From Heteronotia binoei (lineage: Eukaryota), in contig NC_083228.1 in assembly GCF_032191835.1 (NCBI RefSeq), positions 105,896,001 through 105,960,000 of the forward strand: a stretch of 64,000 nt of DNA, in the 5' to 3' direction. How positions within the stretch are numbered: position 1 is the first letter of the stretch; each line of letters opens with the position of its first letter. Position numbers and translations under genes: made by a program. The notes under the pieces were generated by a model, which saw only the letters and a program-made list of their open reading frames with translations, did no database searches and was not told where the DNA came from. Shown piece after piece: positions 1 through 12,559 of this stretch.

Positions 1-59
1 GCCATTTTAAAAATAAAAATAGACGTTTATACAGCAAATTACCAAACTGTGAAATTAGT

Positions 60-420
60 AGGAAAAAAACCCCAGTAGATATGAATTGCTTCTCTGTGTT
101 TGTTTCATTTAGTCCCACTGTAATCTGCAGCGCACTTGCCTTTAGAGTGCTCCCAAATGAAAAGGATTATCTTATAGGATACATCAGTACATAATAAATG
201 TGCTTCATTTCTTCCCCGGTTCTCAGAGTTGACAGCCAAAATGAATGTGTGTTCCAGCACTGGCATAAGGGGTCCTTTTGCAAAGATTATTTCATGGTCC
301 ATTGGACCCTAAAGAACATTGTTTTTAAAGGCATATTATCACAAAGAATGAAGCATGCCCTCAGAGTTCTTATTGCCCTGTGTAACCAAAACCTTAGAGC
401 AATAAGACTATATACATGAT
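60..420 (-). pseudogene. V2R-like pseudogene copy 1, exon 1/2 remnant (the rest runs off the window start)
   Basis: ORF 105-302(-) reads HTFILAVNSENRGRNEAHLLCTDVS, resembling the V2R exon-2 motif QHILAFVFAVNEINRNPHLLPNVT. A hydrophobic MYIVLLL stretch near 400 could be a signal peptide. Confidence 0.6.
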
Positions 421-1084
421 ATTTGAAGGCTCTATAATCTTTATTCTTTGTAGTAAAATATAGTTTACTGTGTCATTTCACATAAGGCAGCTGCAACCAT
501 GTTGGTATTGGAGAAGCAAATTGCAAGCTTATTGTTTATCGGTTCAGTGCTATCTATTGGTTACAGTTTATGAAAGAATACTTCAACAATAGTATTATTA
601 AATAGGAGAATAAAACAAGACATTAGAAAATAGTGAAACAGCAAGAATTTGGTGTCACAAAATCCATTTTCTGCAAGGAGAAGAAAGATGCTTCTAACTG
701 AGTCCCAAACCAGAAATGAGCTACCTTTATTTCTGGATGGTACCTCTTTATACTACATCCAGTGAAAAAAGGAATTCTCTAAATCCTGCTTTAACCAATT
801 TCTCCCTGAAATGCAACAATTCATATATTTTCTCCTTTTTATTAGGAATTTGAAGTCTGTTTCAAATCAACTCTGTTTCAATCAGAAGAAGAGGGGAGGC
901 ACAACAAGGGAGTTTCTACAAAATTTCATAATTTCATGCAGTCAGAGCAGTATCTTCCCAAACGTTCCTACCTCCTGCTACAGTATTGTGTTGGAACAGG
1001 CAATGTCTGGTTTACAAGTCATCAGCAAGAAGACAATTAGATAGGATAGTGAGGTCAGCACATTCTTTTCTGCTAAGTGTCATT

Positions 1085-1257
1085 CAGGGCTTTTTGTAGC
1101 AGGAACTCCTTTGCATATTAGGCTACACCCCCCTGATGCAGCCAATTCTCCAAGGGATTAGAGAGCTCTACTTACTTTGTTATCTCTTGGAGGATTGGCT
1201 ACTTCAGGGGGGTGTAGCCTAATATGCAAAGGAGTTCCTGCTACAAAAAAAGCCCTG
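1085..1257. mobile_element. Palindromic non-autonomous DNA transposon (MITE) with CAGGGCTTTT termini
   Basis: The arms are reverse complements: cagggctttttgtagcaggaactcctttgcatattaggctacacccc and ggggtgtagcctaatatgcaaaggagttcctgctacaaaaaaagccctg. Related sequences lie at about 12410-12520, 50880-50998, 53547-53640 and 58699-58830. Confidence 0.8.
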
Positions 1258-2819
1258 GATTCCTTGTCAGTCTCCAGATTGCTACCCTTATGGAAATACC
1301 CTGCTTTTTCTCAGAAGTTCCGCACTTACTCTTTCTCAGCTAGTGGTGTAATTAGGACCCTATCTTTATCTCTGCATTATAAACTATGTTAGTTCTGGAA
1401 TAAAGCTTTATCTACACTTTAATAAGGTTATGCACCACTCTGCCAACATTCTGGTGTGTAACATTTTAAAAATCCTGCAATATACAGAAGGGTACAAAGA
1501 AGTATAACAGAAAACTACAAAGAAAAAAAATTAAAAATCATCTTTTGAAAGAAAAAGAGAGAGAGAAATCAATGCCTGTATCCAAAAATGTAAAATTATT
1601 CATAACAATGATATCAAGTCTCCATAACAATGATTTTGTTCCAGTGTTTTCCCCTAACCAGTACACTTTCTTTGAGTATTCTTTGACTCTTACTTTCCAA
1701 AAGGCTGTTATACTCTTTCAAATACCAAAACTCCTTCTCTTGAAACACCAGTCTTGAGTTTTTAACTGACTCTTAAGGTCTCTAAAGGCAGTTTCCAACC
1801 ACACCAGACCACAGCTTTGCATTCTTCAGAGTTAATTCTCTGTTTAACTGGATAGGGAATTTTTTTCTCTCTCTAGAAGATCTCTCCCCTTTCTTGGCTC
1901 AAATGGGAGTCTTTGCCTACTTCCTGAACTTCCTTGCCAGCTTTCTCCTAGTTGTTCTGTATGTGTTAAACTGTCAGTGCTTAACTCTTCTCAACTAGAA
2001 CTGAAATCAGACTGTCAGTACTCAATTCAGTCAAGGCAGAAATCTGACTGAATCTCTCCTCAACATGTAGCTCTCTCCAGGCTTCCTCTGCTCAGCTGAT
2101 GCTAACCAATCAGATTGCTTGGAGCAGCCTGTTACTCAAGGTTCTCAGTTTTTGTGAAGAATTAATCCTTCATAGTCCTTTAGTTGTCTGTACAGCACTT
2201 CTAAGCTTCTTAAAAGTGCAGTCCATCACAGCCTGGTTTGGGGATTAGAGTTTTGACCTGAAGCATGGTCTGACCACTACCTACTTAAAGCCAAGATGAA
2301 TATAGCTACAATACTCTGCATGAGAGGTGCCCCAGCTAAAATGGTCCGCTCACATAGGCTCATGAATCCTATTGGATTCCAGAATGCTCTGGGGGATTTC
2401 AGGATTTCAAACACATGCTCAGATGAGACAGCAGTGAAAGTATGCTACAAAGAAGCTATCAGCAAGTTTCCCTCTCTACAGTGACTCCTGCTTCTAGAGA
2501 ATAAACCATGGAAATTTTAGAATGATGTTGTTAGTGAACTTGTACTCAGTCTGATAGATTACACTATAGAGCCTCTTGTAAGATCTCTGAAGCAGCAGTG
2601 ATGGTGACAAAGCAGTGTTACTACTTTACTGCTACAATGCAGACCATTTTGATCCAGCTTCTGTGATGAATGTCAACAAGATCTTGGGATTCATTAAGGA
2701 CTCTACTTTTACTCTAGATCCTGGCCCATACTGGCTGCTAAAATCATGTAAGGACCACATCAGCAAACCATTAGTGTGAATTATATATCAATAACTAATC
2801 CAGGACACCTTCCCTCAGT

Positions 2820-3115
2820 CTCTCAAAGAGATTATTTCCATCTGCTACTTAAAAAACAACAACATTCCTACAGAAAAATGATGTGGCAAATTGCCCTGTC
2901 TCTAGCCTGCCCTTTCTGGGCAAAGTGATTGAGAAAGCAGCAGCAGATCAACTCCTGGTCTTTTTGAATGTCTCTACTCTAGACTCTTTTCAGTCTGGAT
3001 TCAGACCAGTCTATGGGACAGAGACAGCTCTGCTAGCTTTAATTGAAGACCTGTGTATGACTGAAGTCTTTATTGTTCTTATTGTACTTATCTGCAGCCT
3101 TTGATACAGTAGATA
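2820..3115 (+). mobile_element. L2-clade LINE reverse transcriptase fragment
   Basis: Translation PVSSLPFLGKVIEK...LDSFQSGFRPVYGTETALLALIEDL matches the L2/CR1-group RT motif QSGFRPxHxTETAL. Confidence 0.8.
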
Positions 3116-3120
3116 ATACC

Positions 3121-3336
3121 ATATGAACATATGAAGCTGCCTTATACTGAATCAGACCCTCAGTCCATCAAAGTCAATATTGTCTACTCAGACTGGCAGC
3201 GGCTCTCCAGGGTCTCAAGCTGAGGTTTTTCATGCCTACTTGCCTGGACCCTTTTTAGTTGGAGATGCCGGGGATTGAACCTGGGACCTTCTGCTTACCA
3301 AGCAGGTACTCTACTACTGAGCCATCTTCCCTCCCC
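3121..3336 (-). mobile_element. tRNA-derived SINE (Squam3-like)
   Basis: The reverse strand has a tRNA-like head (GGCTCAGTAGTAGAG A box; GGTTCAATCCC B box) and a ...GGCAGCTTCATATGT tail. Further copies lie at about 20484-20652, 61207-61412 and 62310-62526. Confidence 0.8.
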
Positions 3337-3619
3337 TAATACATGGATTTACATAAGAGAAAGCCATGTTGGATCAAGTCAATGGCCCATCCAGTCCAAC
3401 ACTTTGGGTCACACAGTGGCAAACAAACCAGGTAGGCACCATCAGGAAGTCCATCAGTGGGGCCAGAGCAATAGAAGCCCTCCCACTGTGGGTCCCCCCA
3501 AGCACCAATTTCACTCTCCAAAGCATCCATTTTCTCCAGGGGAACTGATCTCTGTAATATGGAGATAACCTGCAATTCCAGAGATCCCCACTCTCCACCT
3601 GGAGGCTGACATCCCTATG

Positions 3620-4840
3620 TAAAACTTTTGGAAACTGCCAGAAAAATCGAAACAGCAGTTCACTTCTGATAGCACTAAGGAAGCACCCTGAACTCCAAGG
3701 ACATTTCAGACAAATGTAGAATGTTTGATTGGGCATACGATGGAAGGCAAAAGAACTGTCTAGTATTGTTCAATACAGTTTTGTCCAAAATAAGCTATGA
3801 AAATTAACATTTGTAAACTGGGGATATTGAAGAGAATGAACAGCTGTCTTCATCCCAGATAACCATCAGGCTAGACTGCATGCCATGTTTGGAGGGAAGG
3901 TACAACTCCCTACTATGTAATAATTTTATGAAGACAGCTCAGATTATGAGTAGAGTTACTAGCAAGTGGGTGGCACCCTTTGGAAGACTGAGGGGGCAAG
4001 GACATGGGAGCATAGTCATAGTGCTACTACAGAGTTCAAGTGACTCTTAGAGCATCATGTAAGTGAGATAACATCATTTCCAGGTTTGCCAGGGAATTGA
4101 CATCATGGTGTCCCCACAATACCAATTGTCACACCAATTCTTCTCCAGGCTTCCTGTGGAGTGGCAGTGGGGAAGATGGCTACTAGAGCCTCTCAGAGAA
4201 CATCTCTACTCATGATGGTGGTAAACATGCCCCCCCCGTGGGCAAACACTTCTGCTCAAAATTTGCCTGAAATACTGAGTTGGGGAAAATTGTAAAAAGC
4301 AACCTTCCTCCATTATAGCCTACCCTTAGACTAAATCACTATGAAGTAATTAGGTTTATTTTTAACCTGTCATTGCATTGTAAGGTATTATTTTCTATAC
4401 CTCAAGGAACCAAATTCATCAAAATAAACATTGGTCAAGCTAATGTGACATTACAAGTTCACAGGCATTCTGTAACTTGATATAATCTGTCATGGTGATA
4501 ATTAGGATTCAACATTATGCCATTCTGACAGTTTAACAGTCAAATAAATTGCTGTGGTTACAACATATGAACAATCTCATGAGCAGATAATCTTACTGTT
4601 ACCAAAACATGACACTGTAAATTAATAACTATCTTTAAGCATCTGGACAGAAGCAAAAAAACAGGAAGAGAGAGAGAGAGAATCTTGAAGCTGAGATTAT
4701 CAACATATTCCAGTCAAGGAAGATAATACAAATGACATGGCATTCCACTCTGCATAAACCTTTTAACTCCAGAGGTCATAGACTATTAATTAGATTGAAT
4801 TGGAGGGTGAAAAGTGCTTGAGAAAACAATCACCATTTGG
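3620..4840 (-). pseudogene. V2R-like pseudogene copy 2, 7TM exon (exon 6) remnant
   Basis: A strong acceptor ttttttccttcctag sits near 4840. Translations include NHPNGDCFLK (QYPN..CIPK), VMSH*LDQCLF**IW (VLSCSLIQVGICAVW), TLQCND (ILQCNE), GYNG (GYMG) and LLFRFFWQFPK (LLGCIFFPK). Stops and inserted repeats interrupt it. Confidence 0.55.
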
Positions 4841-5185
4841 GTGATTTCCTAGGAAGGAAAAAAAATAATATTAAAATAATGCTTACTATTTAGGAAATAG
4901 AACTAGAAAAGCTACTCACATGTGTTTCAAAATGTATGGAGCAGTGATTCTTAACTGCAGCCACAGATACACACATAGGGGTGATCTACAAGTCTTGAAA
5001 GACAATCAGAAATCTAGGCATAACTGGGGATATTTGAGATTCTGGACATATCCACTTCCAATGGCTTGGGACAGTAAATGAAAGTGAGTCGTTTTATACT
5101 GTTCTTTCTGCCCTAGATCTCCAGCAGGCCCTTTAAAAAGTGTCATAGAGTGAAGAGGAATCAACCTTAACACTAGAGTTGCCAA

Positions 5186-5625
5186 TAGGGTTGCCAGGTC
5201 TGGGTTGGAAAATACCTGGAGACTTTGGGGATGGATCCAGGAGAGGATCCTTGGGGAGGGAAGGTCCTCAGTCATCACAATGCCACAGTCATCACAGTGC
5301 CACAGAGTCCACCCCTCAAAACAGCCATTTTCTCCAGGTGAGTTGATCTCTGCCAGCTGGAGATCAGTTATAAAAGCGGGAGATCTCCAGACCCCACCTG
5401 GAGGCTGACAACCCTAGTTGCCAACTGCAGGTTAGGAAATTCCTGGAAGTTTAGAGACACTGCCTGGGGAAGGTGGACTTGGGGGATGGGAAGGAGCTCA
5501 ATGGTGATGTAATTCCATACTGCACACCCTGAAGCTGCCATTTTAGGGGAACTCATATCTATAATTGGGAGACCAGCTGTAGTTCTGGGAGAACTCTAGC
5601 TCCCACCTGGAAGTTGGAAACCCAA
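5186..5625 (+). mobile_element. Two tandem copies of a repeat with TAGGGTTGCCA...TGGCAACCCTA-type termini (probable non-autonomous DNA transposon)
   Basis: Terminal inverted motifs are visible, and the body recurs at about 3445-3617, 21905-22142 and 43988-44322. Confidence 0.65.
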
Positions 5626-5949
5626 TATAAATGAATACTACTCCATACACTCTCACCTGTTTCAATTAAAAACAACAACAACCAGAAAACAGTAGCCTGG
5701 CTATTAGGGACAATTTGTATCCTGCCCTCAGCCTGAAGACTCTTGGGCTACATTAAGTTAGGTCAGCATCCTTTTCACCATATCTGAGTTCTGTATGTGG
5801 AAGGAACAGGAGTTTTGAAGGGACCAGCATTCAGTCAAAGGAGCCTCCACCTGCACCCTGAAGTGGTAAAGCCAGAAGCATATTTGTCAACTTAAACAGA
5901 GCAAGGCCATAGGCTAAACTTGCTAAGCAGACATATTTGCTGACCAGGC

Positions 5950-6750
5950 ACTTGATTCTTCTCTTCCATTCTTCATTTTCTTCCCTGACATACAGCCTAC
6001 ATATTCATGCCTGCAATGTCTATAAAAATCTCTACCACAATCCAACCCAAAGTGACAGTGCAGGTTGTTCTGCTTATTATTCTAGTATAGCCAACACTAT
6101 GCTTGTCTTTTTTAATGATGTATGGGCTTGCCCTACTGGTGGTTCGTCTAATGATGGAATAACTCCCTGGAGGTAACAGGGACCATTTTCTGTGTTTCTA
6201 GCCTGCAGGCAGCATCACAGAGTGATTGATGCTGGGAAGGTGTTTTTTTCCTCTATATATAGCAAAATGAATGCACATTCACTGTAAAGTTATAGCTATG
6301 GCCCTCTGAAGAATACTCCCCAAGTAAACTACACTGCATTCTGTGTTCTTTATTCCCTAATGAAACTGCATTTTTTAAAAGAAATCTTTATTTTCAGAGA
6401 GTTAAGGAAATGAAGGCCTATTCCTACAGTCATCATAACATGCCTGAATTGACTTTCGGTTGCTTCAACCACCCATTGCAACTTGAGCATGTGCATATGT
6501 CACCAGATGCAGTGGTGTGCAACTGGCAAAGGTTTTTTTTAATGGCCTCCAAATATCAATTATATTGTTCAGCTTTCATAGTCTTGATATGACAATCAGT
6601 GTGATGTAGTCATTTGAATATTTGACAGGGAACTGTGAAACCCAGGATCTCATCATGAAGCTCCCTGAGTTTAGAGCAGATACTTTCTTTCAATCTAGCC
6701 TACATCACAAGGCTGTTGTGGAGGTAATAACCTTCTGTGAGCTATTTGGA
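5950..6750 (-). pseudogene. V2R-like pseudogene copy 2, 3' part of exon 3 plus exon 4
   Basis: Translations include FPVKYSND (NPSKYPED), GHSYN (GHSYSIYN) and WVGL (VKVG), in the expected order. Confidence 0.5.
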
Positions 6751-8190
6751 GGAAGGGGATTAAAAATGCAATCAGCTTCCACTGGAGATCAGGGCCCTGC
6801 AGGACCTTGTATCATTCTGTAGTGCCTGTAAAATGGAGCTGTTCCACCAGGCTTCTGGGTTGTTCACTTCAGTTGGCCTCCCTACTGTCGTTCTCATTTT
6901 GTTGATGCGTCCATCTGACTCATCTATGTGGCCCAAAGAGATCCTTATGCAATTGTTGCTACCATGTCTAGTCTTCCTGTTTTAATGATTTTATTTTTAT
7001 TAACTGCATATTTATAATACCAACTGTCTATTTAATTGAAATGTTATTGGGATGAGTGATGACTCTGTTTCCTGTTGTGATCTGCCCTGAGCTCACTTGC
7101 AGGGAGGGCGGAACAAGAATCCGGCAGATAGACAGACTCTCACCAGAGATGGTCACATGTCAACAATATGTTATCAACAAACTGGTGAAAGTTTGACTGT
7201 AGACTATAGACTGCTTACAGCAAGATATTCAAGTTATTTTCCCTAGCTGTATGTAATTAAGCACACTTACATACTTATAAACATGTTCAAGAAAAAATAG
7301 GGTACATCAGTAAATGAGTCACAGAAAGCACTGTGTCACTGCCAGGGCTGGTTGAGAGTGAATCTGAATAAACTATAGGCAGGAAGCAGAGTCAGAGGCA
7401 AGACAGTCAGGCCAGAGGTCAGCTCAGACACAGCAATAGGGAGACCAGACTGCCTGCTTTGGCAAGCAATCTCCCAGCTTGCACTTCAGTTCTTCACTGT
7501 CACTTAAAAGAGCAGAGGGGAAATGTGGAGGCTAAAAAGTATCCAATAATGATGCAACGTCAGTTCTGGGAACTATGGTTTGACCATAAAGTTTTGAAGA
7601 AATTCTAGAGCATCCTGTGATGCGGTAGCATCACTTACAGCTACACAGCTAGTAGTGATGTTGTAGCAACACAGGGTACTATTCAAGTGAGTCTCCAGTC
7701 TCCCCCTCCCCATCACCCTTGGGTTGCCAATCTAATCCTTGAGGACTGGAAGCAAGGGGAAGGGATCCAAAGTCCAACACAGCAGGCTGTGGGGTCAGAG
7801 ACAATAGACAGTCAGAGAATCAAGTTAGCATATACAAAGATGCAATCAGAACAAAGCTATAGCCTTGTAGAATAATCAAAAGATTGAGGAGCTTGAGGTG
7901 GAGCTCTTCCAGTTACATGCCTTAACTGAGTGGACTCAGGCTCCTGTTCCCTTTCTGAATACTTGCAAGATGGCTTACTCTGGACTGTTGTTGGTTGCTT
8001 GACACTAAATACTGGGCCTTCCCAATTTTTGTTAGACTTATTCTGAAGATCACATTGTAACAGCACCATAAACTGTTTTAAAATGTTTTTAAAAGTTTTA
8101 AAATGTTTTAATTGTATTTATTGTTTGAAGTTTTGAACTGATTGTTAGCCGCCCTGAGTCTACTTGCAGAGAGGGCGGGATATAAATTAA

Positions 8191-8230
8191 AGGAAGGAAG
8201 GAAGGAAGGAAGGAAGGAAGGAAGGAAGGA
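8191..8230. repeat. (GAAG)n microsatellite
   Basis: Read directly from the sequence. Confidence 0.95.
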
Positions 8231-8515
8231 AATGGACATTTAGATTTTCTAGATTATGTTAACCTAACATCAATTGTCATATTTGTTTGGAGGAAACTGT
8301 GAGCAAAGGCCCCCTTCAATTCTATAAACGGACATTGTGATCTCTGGTTTAGTGAACCTGCAGAACTCTCAAGCATATGTGCCACTCATAGGCCTTGTCT
8401 GACCTATGCCAACTATTTTCGGGGTTTCTATCATCCAAGCAGCCATCATACATTGTATTTACGTGTTGTAAACCGCCCTGAGCCTGCTTTGCGGGGAGGG
8501 CGGGATATAAATAAA

Positions 8516-8552
<37 letters not shown>

Positions 8553-9067
8553 GTGACCAACACTGAAGTCCTCAAGCGGGCAGAGGTTACCAGCATCGAG
8601 GCACTGCTTTTGAAGACGCAGCTGCGCTGGGCAGGGCATATTTCTAGGATGGAAAACCACCGCCTTCCCAAGATTGCCCTGTATGGCGAACTCTCCACCG
8701 GCCATCGAAATAGAGGGGCACCAAAGAAGAGCTACAAGGACTCCTTGAAGAAATCCCTTAGCACCTGTCACATCAACCATCACCAGTGGTCTGACCTAGC
8801 CTCAGATCGCAAAGCATGGAGGCACACCATCCACCAGGCTGTCTCTTCCTTTGAGAACACACACATAGCTGGTCTTGAGGACAAAAGGAGATTGCGGAAG
8901 AATCGCACTGCTACAGGACCAACCCTAAATCAGACTTTTCCCTGCAGCCGCTGTGGCCGGACCTGCCTGTCCCACATTGGTCTTGTCAGCCACCAGCGAG
9001 CCTGCAGCAAACGTGGACTATTGCACCCTTCTTAAATCTTCGTTCGCGAAGCCAAGCCGAGAGAGAG

Positions 9068-9068
<1 letters not shown>
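8553..9068 (+). mobile_element. 5'-truncated RTE-clade LINE (ORF C-terminus)
   Basis: ORF 8553-9035 contains LRWAGHISRMENHRLPKIALYGEL and a terminal C2H2-like CSRCGRTCLSHIGLVSHQRAC. It is flanked by (TAT)n at 8519-8552 and 9069-9143. Confidence 0.9.

Positions 9069-9143
<75 letters not shown>
9069..9143. repeat. (TAT)n microsatellite forming the RTE tail
   Basis: Read directly from the sequence. Confidence 0.95.
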
Positions 9144-9144
<1 letters not shown>

Positions 9145-10133
9145 GCCTGGATGCCAACATAGCTACATGGGCTCCCAGCCGACATCACGTTCCTGTCCCA
9201 GCTATGGAACAGACGGAAAGCACGCCTGTTCTGAGCTGTCCAGCTTCACGATTTCAGCATAGCTGCTCTGGTCTTGCTGTTACAGCCTCCTGATGCAAGG
9301 GAAGCCATTGCCTGGACTAACAACAGCAGCTGTCATCCTCCTGTCCATTTGGGAAGTCATAGGAGCGATGCGGGAGACACAGGGTGTACCTCAGACTTTG
9401 CATGAACCCATCAAGTTTGTTGTAAGCTGCATCCTGCCAGCCATCCTAAACCAGATGATAAACAATGAACTGTGCAGCACCAGATGTGTTAAAGACAATG
9501 GATGTTCCGGAGAAGGAGATCATCACCATTGCATTTGTTGGGTGTCACTCTAGGATAATAATTTGGTTCTATATTGTCCCTTTTAGAAAATCTTATCTAG
9601 GAATGTTAATTCCATCACCCTTAATCACTTTCCAAATGTCATCCTGAGCCTGCCCAGGCGGGGAGGGCGGGATACAAATAAAATTTAATAATAATAGTAA
9701 TAATTCTGGAGCATCCCACTTTCCCTATGTCAGAGTTTCCCATAAGCAGGGACACGAACCTGCCCCGGGCCTCAGACCTCTGGCCACCGGGTCCCAAGCT
9801 CCCCTCCCCATTTAAACATCCGACGGGGTGTTTAAATGTGGGGAGAAGGCAAATTGCCCACCTTTGCAGCCTCCCCACAAGGTGGGAAGACAGCAAAGGC
9901 AGTTCCTGGGCTTCCCCACACACACACTTTAAACACCCCGATGGGATGTTTAAAAGGGGGGAGGGGAGGAGATTGCCTGCCTTTGCCATCTCCCTGCCAG
10001 GCATGGGGTGTTTAAAATGGGGGGGGGGAGAGAGAAATCGCCTGCCTTTGCTGTCTCCCTGCCAGGCATGGAGACGGCAAAGGGAGCTCCAGGCTTCCAC
10101 TCGCCTTTAAACACTCAGACGGAGTGTTTAAAG

Positions 10134-11625
10134 AACATAAGAGAAGCCATGTTGGATCACGCCAATGGCCCATCTAATCCAACACTCTGTGTCACAGTGG
10201 CCAAAAATTTTATATATATATACACACACACACACTGTGGCTAATAGCCACGGATGGACCTCTGCTCCATATTTTTATCTAACCCCCTCTTGAAGCTGGC
10301 TATGCTTGTAGGTACTACCACCTCCTATGGCAGTGAATTCGAAATGTTAATCACTCTTTGGGTGAAGAAGGGCCTTCTTTTATCCGTTCTAACCCGACTG
10401 CTCAGCAATTTCATCGAATGCCCACGAGTTCTTGTATTGTGAAAAAGGGAGAAAAGTACTTCTTTCTCTACCTTCTCCATCCTATGTATAATCTTGTAAA
10501 CCTCTATCATGTCACCCTGCAGTCGATGTTTCTCCAAGCTAAACAACCCCAAGCATTTTAACCTTTCTTCATAGGGAANNNNNNNNNNNNNNNNNNNNNN
10601 NNNNNNNNNNNNNNNNNNNNNNNNNNNNNNNNNNNNNNNNNNNNNNNNNNNNNNNNNNNNNNNNNNNNNNNNNNNNNNNNNNNNNNNNNNNNNNNNNNNN
10701 NNNNNNNNNNNNNNNNNNNNNNNNNNNNNNNNTCCCCGCCTCGGCAGGCTCAGGGCGGCTAACAACATTTCTCAATAACATACAGTATAATAAAACCTTA
10801 AATTTAACAATATAAAACAATATAAAACATTATTTAGCAACATTAAAAAACCAGTCTATACAATTAAATAGTTTAATCTGACAGTGCTGATGATGTTTGA
10901 CGCTAGTTCTGCCAGTTTAATCATTCTAGTTGCCCTTTTCTGCACTTTTACCAATGCTATAATATCCTTTTTGAGGTGCGGTGATCAGAATTGCACACAG
11001 TATTCCAAATGAGACCACACCATCGATTTATACAGGGGCATTATGATACTGGCTGATAGGTTTTTGATTCCCTTCCTAATAATTCCCAGCATGGTGTTGG
11101 CCTTTTTTATTGCAATCACACACTGTCTTGACATTTTCAGTGAGTTATTTACCATGACCCCAAGATCTCTCTCTTGGTCAGTCTCTGCCAGTTCACACCC
11201 CATCAACTTGTATTTATAGCTGGGATTCTTAGCCCCAATGTGCATTACTTTGCACTTGGCCACATTGAACCTCATCTGCCACGTTGATGCCCACTCACCC
11301 AGCCTCAACAGATCCCTTTGGAGTTCCTCACAATCCTCTCTGGTTCTCACCACCCTGAACAATTTAATATCATCTGCAAACTTGGCCACTTCACTGCTTA
11401 CTCTCAACTCTAAATCATTTATGAACAAGTTAAAGAGCATGGGACCCAGTACTGAGCCCTGTGGCAGTCCACTGCTTACCGTCCTCCACTGCGAAGACTG
11501 CCCATTTATACTCGCTCTCTGCTTCCTATTAATTAGCCAGTTTTTGATCCACAAGAGGACCTGTCCTTTTACTCCACGACTCTCAAGCTTACTAAGGAGC
11601 CTTTGATTAGGAACTTTATCAAAAG
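10134..11625 (-). mobile_element. CR1 LINE 3' portion (RT to 3' UTR), spanning the assembly gap
   Basis: ORF 10985-11659 contains FDKVP, GLPQGSVLGPMLFNLFINDL and KFADD. The 3' tail is (AAGAACAT)-like on the plus strand at 10134. Confidence 0.92.
10579..10732. other. Assembly gap (run of N)
   Basis: Read directly from the sequence. Confidence 1.
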
Positions 11626-11850
11626 TTGCCAGGCAGGGAGATGGCAAAGGGAGCTCCAAGCCCCCCCCCCCTTTTAAACACCCCTGGCAAGGTGTTTAAA
11701 TTGGGGGGGAGGCAGATCGTCTGTTTTCCTGGCTCCTGGCTCCACCCCCAAAGTCTCCTGGCTCCACCCTCAAATTTTAGTGGCCCAAAAAAGAACAGTG
11801 TAAAAATAACCAGGCCACAGAGGGGAAAAAGTTTGGGAAACCCTGCCCTA

Positions 11851-12326
11851 TGTCATACCCCATGTGACCCTGCATCTCAGCCCACCTAACCCTGTGTCAC
11901 AGGTCATCTGACCTGTTCCCCCTGAGGGTGCCAAGTAGTCTTTAAAAGGTCAAGCACACCTCTCCTCTGGTGTGCTTCTGACAGTCATTTTACTCCGCTG
12001 TCTGAATCCACCCCCTAAATCTGATCAGTTTCAAGCCACTAATAGCAGGATACGCAGGCCGTGTCTTGCTCCCCCATTCTCTTTTTGTCGCTATTGGAGC
12101 TTTAGATGAACATGACGATAGGTATAGTATCCTCTTGTCTGTGTTTTATCCCTGTTACCCCTATCAATTTCATATCTATTTTCCTAGGTCTGTGTGAATG
12201 TTGTATGATTTTATTGCCTTGTATGTGTGTTCTATTTTTCTAATAAAATCCAATTATTTTATTTAATTAATCTCCTCAGCGTTTAAGAGGGAGTTTCTGG
12301 AGATCATCTCCTGTATACATTATACA
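11851..12326 (+). mobile_element. Probable LTR followed by a PBS-like TGG motif
   Basis: It starts TGTCA, contains AATAAA near 12243 and ends TATACA, immediately followed by TTGGTTC. No TSD was confirmed. Confidence 0.4.
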
Positions 12327-12559
12327 TTGGTTCTGTATCCCACTGAGCCATAGTTGCCCACCTTTTAAATCCCCCAATCTCTTATTGAGGGCAATTTGGT
12401 TTACAAAATCAGGGCTTTTGTTGTAGAGAAAGCCCAGGAAGAACTCACTTGCACTCACAGGCCACACCCCCTGGTGCCAAGCTAGCTGGAACTGTGTTCC
12501 TGCTAAAAAAAAAGCACTGGAGGAAACTGAATTAAGGTCACTGTTCGTAATTTGTTATT

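Larger units (their letters stand above)
9731..11845. mobile_element. hAT-type non-autonomous DNA transposon carrying a nested CR1
   Basis: TIRs are cagagtttccc and gggaaaccctg. A perfect 8-bp TSD CCCTATGT lies at 9723-9730 and 11846-11853. Confidence 0.85.

Noticed and set aside
3270-3336. Possible tRNA genes in the SINE heads
   Set aside because: No complete cloverleaf is evident, and each head continues into a SINE body.
8953-9144. Poly-Tyr, poly-Asn and poly-Ile ORFs
   Set aside because: They are translations of (TAT)n microsatellites.
9800-10132. Regularly spaced palindromes superficially like a CRISPR array
   Set aside because: The context is eukaryotic, the spacers are related to each other, and the units lie inside a TSD-bounded hAT element.
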